NCBI GenBank assembly: GCA_963831015.1
Contig: CAWHOM010000003.1
Span: forward strand, 201,704 to 265,703
Source: an uncultured Solirubrobacteraceae bacterium
GTDB lineage: Bacteria; Actinomycetota; Thermoleophilia; Solirubrobacterales; Solirubrobacteraceae
Direction of reading: 5' to 3'
Length of the DNA stretch: 64,000 nt
Shown piece after piece: positions 43,301 through 53,684 of the stretch. The translations under genes were made by a program, and so were the position numbers. Positions within the stretch are counted from its first letter, which is position 1. Every line of letters begins with the position of its first letter. Below the pieces are notes generated by a model. It was not told the origin of the DNA. It did no database searches and saw only the letters and a list, made by a program, of their open reading frames with translations.

Positions 43301-43567
43301 CTAGGGCGCGGGCGGCGGCGTGTCGGAGTCCTCCCGGCGATGCCGGCGCCGGGGGAACGGGCCCTCCTCCTTCCACACCGAGCCGGGGCGGCCGGGGAGC
43401 AGCAGCACGATCAGGAAGCCGACGAAGGTGAGGATCAGCCCGAACGTCAGGCCGACGCGCTCGGTGTAGCCCTTGCGGTCGGCGACCCAGGCGGCGCCGG
43501 CGCACGAGAGCAGCCAGATGAACAGCAGGTAGAGAGCCTTGGCCCCGATCGTGGCGTAGACGGTCAT
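43301..43567 (-). CDS. Small two-TM membrane protein
   Basis: 88 aa with two hydrophobic helices flanking ADRKGY; directly downstream of livF. Confidence 0.7.
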   Translation of the reverse strand: MTVYATIGAKALYLLFIWLLSCAGAAWVADRKGYTERVGLTFGLILTFVGFLIVLLLPGRPGSVWKEEGPFPRRRHRREDSDTPPPAP

Positions 43568-43571
43568 CGCG

Positions 43572-44279
43572 TCATGTGCCCAGATAGGCGCGTTGGACCT
43601 CGGGGTCGTCGCGCAGCTGCGCCGAGCTGTTGGCGAGCACGACCCGGCCCGTCTCCAGCACGTAGCCGCGTGCCGAGACCTCCAGCGCGTAATTGGCGTT
43701 CTGCTCCACCAGCAGGATCGTCAGGCCGGCGCGGTTGATCTCGGCGATCGTCTCGTAGATCCGCTGCACCAGGATCGGGGCGATCCCCATCGAGGGTTCG
43801 TCGAGCATCAGCAGGCGGGGCCGGGCCATCAGCGCTCGGCCGATGGCGAGCATCTGCTGCTCGCCGCCTGACATCGTGCCGGCCTTCTGCTTCTCGCGCT
43901 CGCGCAGCCGCGGGAACAGCCCGTAGACCCGCTCCAGGTCGTCGGCCACCTCGGCGCCGCGACGGTGGTGGGCGCCGAGGTCGAGGTTCTCGCGCACCGT
44001 CATGCGCGGGAAGCAGTGCCGCCCCTCGGGCGCCAGCGCGATCCCGTAGGAGACGATCTCGTGCGCCGCGACCCGCGTGATGTCCTGGCCGCCGAAGCTG
44101 ATCCGGCCGGAGCTGGCGGGCGTCAGGCCGGAGATCGAGCGCAGCGTGGTCGACTTGCCGGCGCCGTTTGAGCCGATCAGGGTGACCACCTCCCCCTCCT
44201 CGACGGTCAGGGAAATCCCCTTCAGGGCCTCGATCGAGCCGTAATGGGTACGGATGTCGGTGACCTCGAGCAGCGCCAT
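43572..44279 (-). CDS. livF: Branched-chain amino acid ABC transporter ATP-binding protein
   Basis: GSNGAGKST, MSGGEQQM, LDEPS and VEQN motifs. Confidence 0.93.
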   Translation of the reverse strand: MALLEVTDIRTHYGSIEALKGISLTVEEGEVVTLIGSNGAGKSTTLRSISGLTPASSGRISFGGQDITRVAAHEIVSYGIALAPEGRHCFPRMTVRENLDLGAHHRRGAEVADDLERVYGLFPRLREREKQKAGTMSGGEQQMLAIGRALMARPRLLMLDEPSMGIAPILVQRIYETIAEINRAGLTILLVEQNANYALEVSARGYVLETGRVVLANSSAQLRDDPEVQRAYLGT

Positions 44280-45088
44280 CAGTCCTGCTTTCCGAGGTAG
44301 GCCTCGATCACCCGCGGGTCCTTGCGCACCTCGGTCGGTGGCCCCTCGGCGATCTTCTCGCCGTGATCGAGGACCCAGACCAGCTCGGAGACGCCCATAA
44401 CGACCTTCATGTCGTGCTCGATCAGCAGGATCGTCAGCTTCAGGTCGTCGCGCAGCTTGCGCATGAAGTCCGTCAGCCGGCTGGATTCCTGCGGGTTCAT
44501 GCCGGCTGTCGGCTCGTCGAGCAGCAGCAGCGTCGGCTCGGAGGCCAGAGCCCGGGCGATCTCGACCCGGCGTTGATCGCCATAGGACAGCTGGGTGGCC
44601 AGCTGATCGACCGAGCCGGGCCGCAGCCCGACGTAGGCGAGCAGCTCACGAGCGCGGCTCTCGGCCTCGCGCTCCTCCTTGCGAATCCACGGCGGGCGCA
44701 GGATCGAGCCCACGAGGCCCGCGCGCATCCGTGCGTGACGGCCGATCATCACGTTCTCCACGGCGCTCATCGCGCCGAACAGGCGGATGTTCTGAAACGT
44801 GCGGGCGACGCCCAGGCCGGTGATCCGGTCAGGACGGGTGCGGCTGATGTCGCGGTCGCCGAGCAGGACGCGGCCGGCGGTCGGCTTGTAGAGGCCGGTG
44901 AGCATGTTGAAGAGCGTCGTCTTGCCGGCACCGTTGGGACCGATCAGGGAGACGATCGCGCGGGTGGGGACATCGATCGAGACGTCGTTGACCGCGATCA
45001 GGCCGCCGAACTCCTTGGTCACGCGGTCGACGCGCATCGCGGGCGCGGCCATCCCCGCGGGTCCGGCCTCGGTGCGAGTGGCGCTCAC
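44279..45088 (-). CDS. livG: Branched-chain amino acid ABC transporter ATP-binding protein
   Basis: GPNGAGKTT, ARTFQNIRLF, LSYGDQRR, IEHDM and VIEAYLG motifs. Confidence 0.93.
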   Translation of the reverse strand: MSATRTEAGPAGMAAPAMRVDRVTKEFGGLIAVNDVSIDVPTRAIVSLIGPNGAGKTTLFNMLTGLYKPTAGRVLLGDRDISRTRPDRITGLGVARTFQNIRLFGAMSAVENVMIGRHARMRAGLVGSILRPPWIRKEEREAESRARELLAYVGLRPGSVDQLATQLSYGDQRRVEIARALASEPTLLLLDEPTAGMNPQESSRLTDFMRKLRDDLKLTILLIEHDMKVVMGVSELVWVLDHGEKIAEGPPTEVRKDPRVIEAYLGKQD

Positions 45089-45110
45089 GGACGGCTCTCC
45101 GGGACCGGGC

Positions 45111-46337
45111 TCACGTCGCGCCGCCCTCGGCCATCTGGGCATCCTCGGCGGCGATCTCGGAGGTCATCTCCATCCGCCGTCTTCGCTCGGGGATCAGCCC
45201 CTGCGGGCGCAGGATCATCACGAGCACGAGCAGGAAGCCGAAGATCCCGAACTCGATCGTGGTCAGCGAGAAGTTCAGCCCGAACTTCTGTGGGAGGCTG
45301 TTGAGCACGTCGGGGATCAGGTAGTTGTTGATGTAGCCGAGCAGCAGACCGCCGACGACGGCGCCCCAGATCGATCCCAGGCCGCCGATGATGACCATGG
45401 CCAGAATGAAGATGGAGAAGCCGAACTGGAACTGGCCGGCGTTGACCTCGGTGTAGTACGTCCCGAGAAACGCGCCGGACATGCCGCCGAACATCGCGCC
45501 GATCGCGTACGCCGACAGCTTGGTGCGCACCGACGGGATGCCCATCGAGACGGCCGCCACCTCGTCCTCGCGCAACGCCACCCAAGCGCGGCCGAGCCGC
45601 GAGTCGCGCAGACGCAGGTTGACGAACAGGACGATCAGCATGATCGCGAAGATCAGCCAGTACCACGGTCTGAGGTTGAGGAGGTTGAACTGGCCGGTCA
45701 CCGGGAAATACGGCGGATCGATGGCGCTGATCCCGAGTTGGCCGGCGGTCAGCGTCATTCCACTGCCGAGGTGGATGCTCTGCCCATTGACGGCGATGCG
45801 GTCGACGATTTCACCGAAGGCCAGGGTCACGATCGCGATGTAGTCACCGCGCAGGCGCAGCGTCGGCAGGCCGATCAGCATGCCGGCGATCGCGCAGATG
45901 GCGGCCGCGCAGATCAGGATCAGCACGAAGTTCAGGTGGATGCCGATCTCGTGGGCGGCGACCCCCGAGACGCCGAGATGGACGTGTGCCGCGAAGAAGA
46001 AGCTGGAGCCGAACCAGCCCATCGCGTAGGCGCCCAGCGCGTAGAAGGCGACGTAGCCCAGGTCGAGCAGGCCGGCGAAGCCGACGACGACGTTGAGACC
46101 CAGCGCCATCACCGCGTAGGCGACGGCGATGATCGTGGCGTTCATGAAGCCGCTGTCGGTGGCGAAGAAGAACGGCAGCACGATCCCGATCACGATCAGC
46201 AGAACGGCCAGCCCGCGGGACCACCACGGCGGCAGGCGCGACTCGATCGCCTCGCGCCACTCGCGCAGCTGGGCCCGGAGCTCACCCCATCCCGAGCGCG
46301 TGGCTGGAGGGGCGGTGGCGGGGGTCGACTCGCTCAT
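45111..46337 (-). CDS. livM: Branched-chain amino acid ABC transporter permease
   Basis: GLLDLGYVAF, LRLRGDYIAIVTLAFGEI and GRAWVALREDE motifs. Confidence 0.92.
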   Translation of the reverse strand: MSESTPATAPPATRSGWGELRAQLREWREAIESRLPPWWSRGLAVLLIVIGIVLPFFFATDSGFMNATIIAVAYAVMALGLNVVVGFAGLLDLGYVAFYALGAYAMGWFGSSFFFAAHVHLGVSGVAAHEIGIHLNFVLILICAAAICAIAGMLIGLPTLRLRGDYIAIVTLAFGEIVDRIAVNGQSIHLGSGMTLTAGQLGISAIDPPYFPVTGQFNLLNLRPWYWLIFAIMLIVLFVNLRLRDSRLGRAWVALREDEVAAVSMGIPSVRTKLSAYAIGAMFGGMSGAFLGTYYTEVNAGQFQFGFSIFILAMVIIGGLGSIWGAVVGGLLLGYINNYLIPDVLNSLPQKFGLNFSLTTIEFGIFGFLLVLVMILRPQGLIPERRRRMEMTSEIAAEDAQMAEGGAT

Positions 46338-47443
46338 CCCGCCTCTCGTGTCTCCTCGCCGAGCAGCCCGCGCGGGCGCAGGACCATGATCACGATCAGG
46401 TAGCCGAACACGACCGCCTCGGTCCACTGCGGGCCGATCCGCGAATCGGACAACGCCTGGATCACGCCGATGATCAGCCCGCCGAGGACCGCGCCGCGGA
46501 CGTTGCCGATCCCGCCCATCACGGCAGCGGTAAAGGCGATCAGGCCCGCCTCGAAGCCCTGGAAGTACCAGATGTTGGTCTCATAGAGCGCATAGACCAG
46601 ACCGGCCGCGCCGGCCAGCATGCCGCCCAGCAGGAAGGTCAGCGAGATCGTCTGGTTGACGTTGATGCCCATCAGCCGGGCGGCCTCGGGATCCTGGGCG
46701 GTCGCCCGCATCGCCCGTCCGGAGCGGGTGCTGGAGATGAACCAGCCCAGGCCGAACACCAGGGGCACCATCACCAGCAGCGCCAGCAGGTAACCGCGGA
46801 CGATCGGCACGCCGGAGATGTGGAACACGGTCTGCCCCTGATGGATCAGATCGTTGACGCCCTGGGGAGAGCCGCCCAGCCACAGCAGACCCACGTTCTG
46901 CAGGATGAAGGAGAAGCCGACGGCGGTGATGAGAGACGCCAGCTTGGGCGCTGCGCGCAGCGGCCGGTAGGCGACGCGCTCGATCAGCACGTTCAGCGAT
47001 CCGCAGACGAACATCGTGACGATCAGCGTTGCCAGCAGGCCGAAAATGAGACCGAGCGGGCCGGTGGCCAGACCGAGTCCCAACGACCCCCAGAAGCCCG
47101 CGCCCGTGAACGAGCCGATCATGAAGACGTCGCCGTGGGCGAAGTTGATCAACTCGATGATCCCGTAGACAAGCGTGTAGCCGATCGCGATCAGCGCCCA
47201 GATCGCTCCGTTGGAGAGGCCCTGGACGATGTTGAAACCAAGTCGGCTGAGGTCGTGGTGAACGACCGGATGGCCGGCCACGAGCCCGGCTGCGTAACCA
47301 TGGGTGAGGTCGCGCACCCCGTAGTAGATCGGCAGCGCCGCCAGCGCGACGATGAGACCCCAGCGGCCGAACTGGCGTCGGACCGCCGCCAGCGGGCGCG
47401 CCGCCGGTGCGGGCAGGCGAGGCGTGAGCGAGGACGCTTCCAC
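46334..47443 (-). CDS. livH: Branched-chain amino acid ABC transporter permease
   Basis: GYTLVYGIIELINFAHG, GRAMRATAQD and GGIGN motifs. Confidence 0.92.
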   Translation of the reverse strand: MEASSLTPRLPAPAARPLAAVRRQFGRWGLIVALAALPIYYGVRDLTHGYAAGLVAGHPVVHHDLSRLGFNIVQGLSNGAIWALIAIGYTLVYGIIELINFAHGDVFMIGSFTGAGFWGSLGLGLATGPLGLIFGLLATLIVTMFVCGSLNVLIERVAYRPLRAAPKLASLITAVGFSFILQNVGLLWLGGSPQGVNDLIHQGQTVFHISGVPIVRGYLLALLVMVPLVFGLGWFISSTRSGRAMRATAQDPEAARLMGINVNQTISLTFLLGGMLAGAAGLVYALYETNIWYFQGFEAGLIAFTAAVMGGIGNVRGAVLGGLIIGVIQALSDSRIGPQWTEAVVFGYLIVIMVLRPRGLLGEETREAG

Positions 47444-47451
47444 TGAGCGAG

Positions 47452-47490
47452 CGAAGAGTAAAGGGAGGGCGCGCCACGCGCGCCCTCCCT
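47452..47490 (-). terminator. Strong hairpin/terminator between the binding-protein gene and livH
   Basis: Minus strand AGGGAGGGCGCGC-GTG-GCGCGCCCTCCCT followed by TTACTCTT. Confidence 0.7.
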
Positions 47491-47503
47491 GCTCGGGTTG
47501 TTG

Positions 47504-48787
47504 CTAGCTGACCGTCTTGGTCGGCGTGAGCGTCTTGTCGAACGTCGGCTCGCCGGTCTTGTCGACCTTGTACAGACCGTATGCCTTCAGCGACGTGTCG
47601 CCGTTCTGGTTGAAGCTGTAGGTACCGAGTACCGAGCTTCGGTCCTTGGTGGCGAACAGGGCGCTCAGCACGGCCGCCTTGCTGGGACCCGCCTTGGCGA
47701 TCGTTTCGAGGCCGAGCTTCATCGCCTCATAGCCGTAGATCGCGTAGGGATCGGGCTCCGCTCCGCCGTACTTGGCCTTGTAGGCAGCGAGGAAGTCCTT
47801 GCCCCCCGGATACGACGGCAGGTCCAGCGTGGCCACCGTGCACTGGATCAGCGGATCGATGCTGGCGGGCACGCCGCCCTTCTTCTGCGCCGTGTAGGAG
47901 TCGGTGCAGTCGCCGTCGTCGCCGAAGATCTTGGCCTTCGGCAGCGCTGCGTTGACGTCCTTGGTCAGCTGGACGGCGCCGTTGGAGACGATCCCGGCGA
48001 ACTGGAAGCAGTCGGCTCCCTGTCCCTTGATCGTGCTCGCGTAGGAGCGGAAGTTCGGCGCCGTGGGGTCGATCCCCGTATTGGAGAGCACGGTGACGCC
48101 ATAGAACTTCTTCTCCAGCTCGATCAGCTGCGCCAATCCCTGGCCGTAGGCCTCCTTGTCGTTGGCCATGGCGACCTTGGTGCACCCGGCCTGCTTCATC
48201 GCCATGAGGTCAGCGGCCGCCTGGATCGAGTCGATCGGGACGATCCGCAGGTAGTTGCGCTTGCCCGTCGGGTAGTACTTCTGCGGCTCGCCGGGGGCGC
48301 TGCCCGGCAGGTTGGTGGTCAGTCCCACGTACGTGTTGGCTGGGCTGACCATCGGTATCCCGGCCTGGTTGAGAATCGGGATCGAGATCTCGGATGCCCC
48401 GGAGTTGAACTCGCCGATGTAGTACACGGCCTTGGGATCGGCCGCCACCTTGCGGGCGTTGGCCGCGGTCTGACCCGGGTCCCACTTGCCCGCCGCAGCG
48501 GTGGAGTCGTCCAGCGACGTGTAGTTGACCGTGTACTTGCCCGCCTTGTTGCCGGCCTGGGACAGCGCGAGCTTCATCCCGTTTACCAGCGGACCTGTCT
48601 GCGCGCTCGAGGCCCCCTGCAGCGGCAGGCTCGAGTAGATGTCGACGGTCGAACTGCCGCCCCCACCGCCGCCCCCTCCGGCGGAGCTACTGCTGCTGCT
48701 GGAGCTGCTGCTGCTGCTCCCGCAGGCAGTCACCGCCGCCAGCGATCCGGCGATCAGGCATACCCTGATCGCTTTGCCGAAACTCAT
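47504..48787 (-). CDS. livK: Branched-chain amino acid ABC transporter substrate-binding lipoprotein
   Basis: Lipobox VTAC, poly-Ser/Gly linker, IGEFNSGAS and SPANT motifs; strong SD GAGGAGG. Confidence 0.9.
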   Translation of the reverse strand: MSFGKAIRVCLIAGSLAAVTACGSSSSSSSSSSSSAGGGGGGGGSSTVDIYSSLPLQGASSAQTGPLVNGMKLALSQAGNKAGKYTVNYTSLDDSTAAAGKWDPGQTAANARKVAADPKAVYYIGEFNSGASEISIPILNQAGIPMVSPANTYVGLTTNLPGSAPGEPQKYYPTGKRNYLRIVPIDSIQAAADLMAMKQAGCTKVAMANDKEAYGQGLAQLIELEKKFYGVTVLSNTGIDPTAPNFRSYASTIKGQGADCFQFAGIVSNGAVQLTKDVNAALPKAKIFGDDGDCTDSYTAQKKGGVPASIDPLIQCTVATLDLPSYPGGKDFLAAYKAKYGGAEPDPYAIYGYEAMKLGLETIAKAGPSKAAVLSALFATKDRSSVLGTYSFNQNGDTSLKAYGLYKVDKTGEPTFDKTLTPTKTVS

Positions 48788-49038
48788 AACGTCCTCCTCT
48801 AGTGAACGCCGGGCTGTCGGTTACCCGGTGGCGGGAGAGTAGTGGGGGCCTCGGACCACAAGCAAGTTCCGACAAGCGCCCTCGGACCGCCTAACAGAAC
48901 CCAAACCTCGCGGCGCGTGAGTGGCGGGGTCGGGTCCGAGCCCGGTTTTGCGCCGGCCGGAGCAGTGAGCGAACGCGGGTTTGGACATGCGGCCAGGCTG
49001 AGCCGGCCACGGCCAAGCCGCGCCGGACATGGCCGAGC

Positions 49039-50298
49039 TCAACCGGACATCGCCTTCCAGAACACCAGCCGCCCGTCCATGATCCGGTAGGCGCCCCAGC
49101 GGCGGCTCGTGGTGTCACCCAGGTGGTCGAGGCTGTAGGTGCCGAGCACGCTGTGCCGGTCACGCGTGGCGAACAGAGCGCGCGTGACCCGGGAGCGAAC
49201 CGCCGGGCTGGTGCCGTGCTCGGTGGCCCGGGAGATCGCGTCGAGCAGCAGCCCCATCGCCTCATAGCCGAAGATCGCATCGGGCTGCCAGCCGCCGAAG
49301 CGCCGGGCGAAGCCGGCCAGGAAGCGACGTCCGGCCGGTGGGTAATCATCGTTGCTCAATGTCGCAACGGTCACCACCATTCGCGCGGCGAATGCCGGGG
49401 CCACACCGCCGTCGGCGGGGTTGAGGAACGCCGCCTCCGCCAGGTCCGCGGTGGCGAACAGCTTGACGTTGGGGAGTGCGCGACCGATCTGATCCGTGAG
49501 CGCCACCGCGTTGTCCTGGGTCAGCGCGCTGATCAGGACGCAGTCGGCGCCACTGTGGCCGATGGTCTGCGCCAGCGATGCATAGCTGGAGGCCTTCGGG
49601 TCGTACTGGTCAGAGGCCGCCACCGGAAGGTGGATCGCCTTGGCCGCCACCTGAAAGCTCATCGCCGCGTCGTTGCCGTCGACCTCGCCGTCGTCGAGCA
49701 CGTAGGTGCGCCGGCAGCCGGCCTCGTGCTGCAGTTGCGCCTGGACGGCCGCCTGCACGGAGTCGTTGGGGATCACGCGGACGAACGTGCGCAGCCCCGT
49801 CGGGTAGTACTTCTGCGGCTCGCCGGGCGACGCCTCGTCACCCCCACGCGTGAGCCCGACGGCCGTGCTCGTCGGGCTGACCTGCGGCACGCCGGCCTTG
49901 CTGAGCAGCGGGATCGAGATGGCGGTCGCCCCCGAATTGAGGTCGCCGAGATAGCCGATCGTGCTCGGGTCCTGAATCGCGACGCGGGCGTTGACGCTCG
50001 TCTGGCCCGGGTCCCAGCCGCCGCGGGCCGCGATCGCGTCGTTGAGCGGGCGCAGCACGATGCGATAGCGGCCGATGCGGCCGCCGACAGCGGCGATCGC
50101 CATCTGGGCGCCGCCCAGCGCCGCCTCGCCGCTGGGTCCCGACGGCCCCAGGAACGGCAGGCCGGCGTAGATCGTCAGCCGCGTGCCGGGGACCCGGTTT
50201 CCGGGTGGCGCCTTGCGACCCGATCCGCAGCCCGCCAGGCCGACCACCGCGACCACGGAGCCGACAGGACGACGCCGCACCGGACCGCGCGCCGGCAC
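49039..50298 (-). CDS. LivK-family substrate-binding lipoprotein (paralog 2)
   Basis: LAGC lipobox. WDPGQT and PGEPQKYYPTG are shared with the adjacent LivK. Confidence 0.85.
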   Translation of the reverse strand: MPARGPVRRRPVGSVVAVVGLAGCGSGRKAPPGNRVPGTRLTIYAGLPFLGPSGPSGEAALGGAQMAIAAVGGRIGRYRIVLRPLNDAIAARGGWDPGQTSVNARVAIQDPSTIGYLGDLNSGATAISIPLLSKAGVPQVSPTSTAVGLTRGGDEASPGEPQKYYPTGLRTFVRVIPNDSVQAAVQAQLQHEAGCRRTYVLDDGEVDGNDAAMSFQVAAKAIHLPVAASDQYDPKASSYASLAQTIGHSGADCVLISALTQDNAVALTDQIGRALPNVKLFATADLAEAAFLNPADGGVAPAFAARMVVTVATLSNDDYPPAGRRFLAGFARRFGGWQPDAIFGYEAMGLLLDAISRATEHGTSPAVRSRVTRALFATRDRHSVLGTYSLDHLGDTTSRRWGAYRIMDGRLVFWKAMSG

Positions 50299-50341
50299 CG
50301 GACCGCCAGCCAGCCCTCCCGTACGCGCGACGCCGCCGAGA

Positions 50342-51508
50342 TCAAGGCTGGCTGCGGGGGACCAGCCTTCCGCCCGCCGGGTGAGCGATCACGAACGACG
50401 CGACATCGGTGTCCCCGCTCTTGAGCGAGTAGGTGCCAAGAGCGGACTGGCGGTCCTTGAGACCCCGGAACCGCGACACGACCTCCGCCCGGCTGGCGGC
50501 GTCTGCGCCGAGGCTCTTGAGCACCGCCAGCAGTGCCGACATCGTCTCGTAGCCATAGATCGCCTGGGGCTGGGGGGCGTGGCCATAGGTGGATCGAAAG
50601 GCCGAGGTGAACGCCTTCGCGGCGGCGCTCTGGCCGGCGGCCGGCACCCCGGGGGAGGACACGTACAGGTTCTTCTGCACGGCGGGGCTCAGCTTGGCCA
50701 CGAAGGTGTCGTCGTAGAGAGCGGAGGCAGCGAACAGCTTGGCGGTGGGACTGGCGCTTGCGAGGCGGTCAAGGGCCGGAACGGCGGACGGACCGTCGAC
50801 GCCGCCGTAGAAGACCCCGTCCGCGCCGCGGGGAGCGGAGGCGAGCGTCAACCCGGCCGCGCGCGCGTCCTGGCGGACCTCGTCGGCCACCGACGTTCCG
50901 TAGGCCGTGCCGTCGCTGGAGACGAACAGCGTGGAGACGTGGAGCCCCTGCATGTCGCCCACCAACGCCTTGGCCTCCGCCGCGGTGTTGGGGACGACCC
51001 GTGCGAACGTGTGGTGATACGTGCTGTCGGCCGGGTAATAGTGGTTCGGCGAATCGCTCACGGCCGGCGTGGTCTGGGTCAGATAGATGGCGGTGTCGGA
51101 CGGGCTGAGCTGGAGCAGACCGATCTGGTTGGTGATCTGCACCGACACGCCCGAGGTCCCGGGCGCGATCTCGCCCAGGTAGGCGATCGCCCGCTTGTCC
51201 TTGACCGCCGCGCGGGCGTTGGCCGAAACCTCCTTGCCGTGCACGCCGATCAGCTTGATGGTGAACGAGCCGGCCTTGGCGCCCGCCTGCTTGAGCGCCA
51301 GCTGCTCGGCGTCGAGCACGTCGCTGGACACCGTGTCGGCGGGGCCCGGGGGCTGCGCGGCGACGACGTCGAGCGTCGAGCCGGTCACGGTGACCGCCGA
51401 CTTGGACGAACTGGCCGTCGAGGAGCAGCCGCTCAGCGCCAGCGCCAGCGCACCCAGACAAGCCGACAACCACGGCGCCCGCCCATGTAGCAGCCCGACG
51501 GCGGCCAA
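50342..51508 (-). CDS. LivK-family substrate-binding lipoprotein (paralog 3, divergent; start uncertain)
   Basis: LSGC lipobox, AYLGE, FARVVP and AIYGYE motifs. Confidence 0.8.
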   Translation of the reverse strand: MAAVGLLHGRAPWLSACLGALALALSGCSSTASSSKSAVTVTGSTLDVVAAQPPGPADTVSSDVLDAEQLALKQAGAKAGSFTIKLIGVHGKEVSANARAAVKDKRAIAYLGEIAPGTSGVSVQITNQIGLLQLSPSDTAIYLTQTTPAVSDSPNHYYPADSTYHHTFARVVPNTAAEAKALVGDMQGLHVSTLFVSSDGTAYGTSVADEVRQDARAAGLTLASAPRGADGVFYGGVDGPSAVPALDRLASASPTAKLFAASALYDDTFVAKLSPAVQKNLYVSSPGVPAAGQSAAAKAFTSAFRSTYGHAPQPQAIYGYETMSALLAVLKSLGADAASRAEVVSRFRGLKDRQSALGTYSLKSGDTDVASFVIAHPAGGRLVPRSQP

Positions 51509-51523
51509 CTCAGGGAAAGGGGT

Positions 51524-51685
51524 CTAGTCCCGCCGGCCAGGCAGGAATGGGAGCAGGTTGCGTACGCCGATCGCGATCAGGATCATGACGATGGCGATCA
51601 GCACGGCGTCCAGCCCGCTCACGTTGAGCGCCCAGATGATGATCCAGATGCAGAGTCCGGCGGTGGTGGTGAGGACGAGGCCCAT
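51524..51685 (-). CDS. Small 53-aa two-TM membrane protein (not in the ORF track)
   Basis: Hand translation: MGLVLTTTAGLCIWIIIWALNVSGLDAVLIAIVMILIAIGVRNLLPFLPGRRD*. GC3-rich codons; TAGGAT 8 nt upstream. Confidence 0.72.
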   Translation of the reverse strand: MGLVLTTTAGLCIWIIIWALNVSGLDAVLIAIVMILIAIGVRNLLPFLPGRRD

Positions 51686-51696
51686 CGGTGAGGATC

Positions 51697-52515
51697 CTAA
51701 CCAACCGAGGAGGCGGAGAGCGCTGCGGAGAAGTCGCGCACCAGCTCGGCTACGGCGTGGGCGGGGTCCTGTCCCTCCCCCGCCGCCCGCACCAGGCGGC
51801 TGCCCACGATCACCCCGTCGGCGCCCGCGGCGGCGGCGGCCGCTGCCTGCTCGGGCGTGCCGATCCCGAAGCCGATCGCGACCGGGACCTCGGCGTGCTC
51901 GGCCGCGCGGGCGATCACCGACTCCAGCGTGCCGTCGGTCCCCGTCCGTTCCCCCGTCGTGCCGAGCACCGAGACGGTGTAGAGGAAGCCGGTGGCGCTG
52001 GCGCCGATCTCGGCGAGGCGGGCGGCCGGCGTGGTCGGCGCCACCAGCGGAACGAACGCCAGGCCGCGTGTCCGGCAGGCGGCGCGGATCTCGGTCGCTT
52101 CCTCCAGCGGCAGGTCGGGAACGATCAACCCGCTCACGTCAGCCGCGACCAGCTCGTCGAGGAAGCGCTCCAGGCCGCGGGCGAGGATCGGGTTGGCGTA
52201 GCACATGAGGATCACCGGCAGACGACCGGAGATCGCGCGCGCCATCTCCAGCACCGCCGGCAGTGTCGCTCCGGCCGCCAGCGCGACCGTCGCGGCGGCG
52301 TGGATCACCGGTCCATCGGCCAGCGGGTCGGAGAACGGGACGCCCAGTTCGACGAGGTCGGCACCGGCGTCGGCGTAGGCCTCAGCGATGGCGCGCGAGG
52401 CCTCCAGATCGGGAAACCCCCCCATCAGGTACGGCATCAGCGCAGCCCGGCGCCCGTCGGCACGCGCGCGAGCGAACGCCTCGGCGATCCGTTCCACCCC
52501 GTCCGCGACCGCCAT
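51697..52515 (-). CDS. trpA: Tryptophan synthase alpha chain
   Basis: ELGVPFSDPLADGPVI, PDLP and GVIVGS motifs. Confidence 0.96.
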   Translation of the reverse strand: MAVADGVERIAEAFARARADGRRAALMPYLMGGFPDLEASRAIAEAYADAGADLVELGVPFSDPLADGPVIHAAATVALAAGATLPAVLEMARAISGRLPVILMCYANPILARGLERFLDELVAADVSGLIVPDLPLEEATEIRAACRTRGLAFVPLVAPTTPAARLAEIGASATGFLYTVSVLGTTGERTGTDGTLESVIARAAEHAEVPVAIGFGIGTPEQAAAAAAAGADGVIVGSRLVRAAGEGQDPAHAVAELVRDFSAALSASSVG

Positions 52516-53684
52516 CACGCCTCCAGCGCGGCCAGCGCCTCCGCCAGGTCCTTGTCTCCGCGGCCGGAGAGGCACACGAGGTCCAGCTCGCTATCCGGGT
52601 TCTCCAGCGCCCACGCCAGCGCGTGGGCGCTCTCCAGCGCCGGGATGATCCCCTCCAGCCGGGCGGTGCGCGCGAACGCAGCCAGCGCCTCCCGGTCGGT
52701 GATTCCCACGTAGCGCGCGCGACCCTGATCGCGCAGCCAGGCGTGCTCGGGGCCGCTCCCCGGATAATCGAGGCCCGCGGAAATCGAGTGCGCCTCCAGG
52801 ATCTGCCCGTCCTCGTCCTGCATGATCGCCGAGTAGGCGCCGTGCAGGACACCGCCGCGACCCGCGACGGTCAGCGGCGCGCCGTGGCGTCCGGACTCCA
52901 GCCCCTCCCCCGCCGCTTCGACGCCGATCAGCTCGACGCCCTCGTCCTGCACGAACGGGGTGAAGATGCCGATCGAGTTCGAGCCGCCGCCGACGCACGC
53001 GATCACGCGCTGAGGCAGTCGGCCGGTGGCCGCCAGCACCTGCGCGCGGGCCTCGTCGCCGATCACCCGCTGCAGGTCGCGCACCAGCGCGGGATAGGGC
53101 GCCGGGCCGACGCACGAGCCGATGATGTAGTGCGTCGTCTCGACGTTGGCAACCCAGTCTCGGATCGCCGCCGACACGGCCTCCTTGAGCGTGCGGGCGC
53201 CCGCCTGCACCGGCTCGACGCGGGCCCCCAGCAGGCCCATCCTCTCGACGTTGGGCTTCTGGCGGCGCATGTCCTCGGTGCCCATGTAGACAACGCACTC
53301 CAGGTCCAACAGCGCACAGGCGGTCGCCGAGGCGACGCCGTGCTGGCCGGCGCCCGTCTCGGCGATGATCCGCCGCTTGCCCATCCGCCGGGCCAGCAGC
53401 GCCTGTCCGAGGGCGTTGTTGATCTTGTGGGCGCCCGTGTGGTTGAGGTCCTCGCGCTTGAGATACACCGGGTGGCCGGCGGCCTCGGAGAGGCGCGAGG
53501 CTCGGTACAGGGGGGACGGGCGCCCCACGTAGTCCCGTAGGAGCCCGTCGAGCTCGTCTCGGAACTCCGGATCGTCGCGCGCGTCCACCCAGGCCGATTC
53601 CAGCTCGCCGAGGGCCGGCATCAACGTCTCGGGGACGTACTGGCCTCCGTAGGGGCCAAAGCGATGCTCGACGGTGGTGCTCAC
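52515..53684 (-). CDS. trpB: Tryptophan synthase beta chain
   Basis: [32 protein letters not shown] and SGRGDKD motifs. Confidence 0.97.
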   Translation of the reverse strand: MSTTVEHRFGPYGGQYVPETLMPALGELESAWVDARDDPEFRDELDGLLRDYVGRPSPLYRASRLSEAAGHPVYLKREDLNHTGAHKINNALGQALLARRMGKRRIIAETGAGQHGVASATACALLDLECVVYMGTEDMRRQKPNVERMGLLGARVEPVQAGARTLKEAVSAAIRDWVANVETTHYIIGSCVGPAPYPALVRDLQRVIGDEARAQVLAATGRLPQRVIACVGGGSNSIGIFTPFVQDEGVELIGVEAAGEGLESGRHGAPLTVAGRGGVLHGAYSAIMQDEDGQILEAHSISAGLDYPGSGPEHAWLRDQGRARYVGITDREALAAFARTARLEGIIPALESAHALAWALENPDSELDLVCLSGRGDKDLAEALAALEA

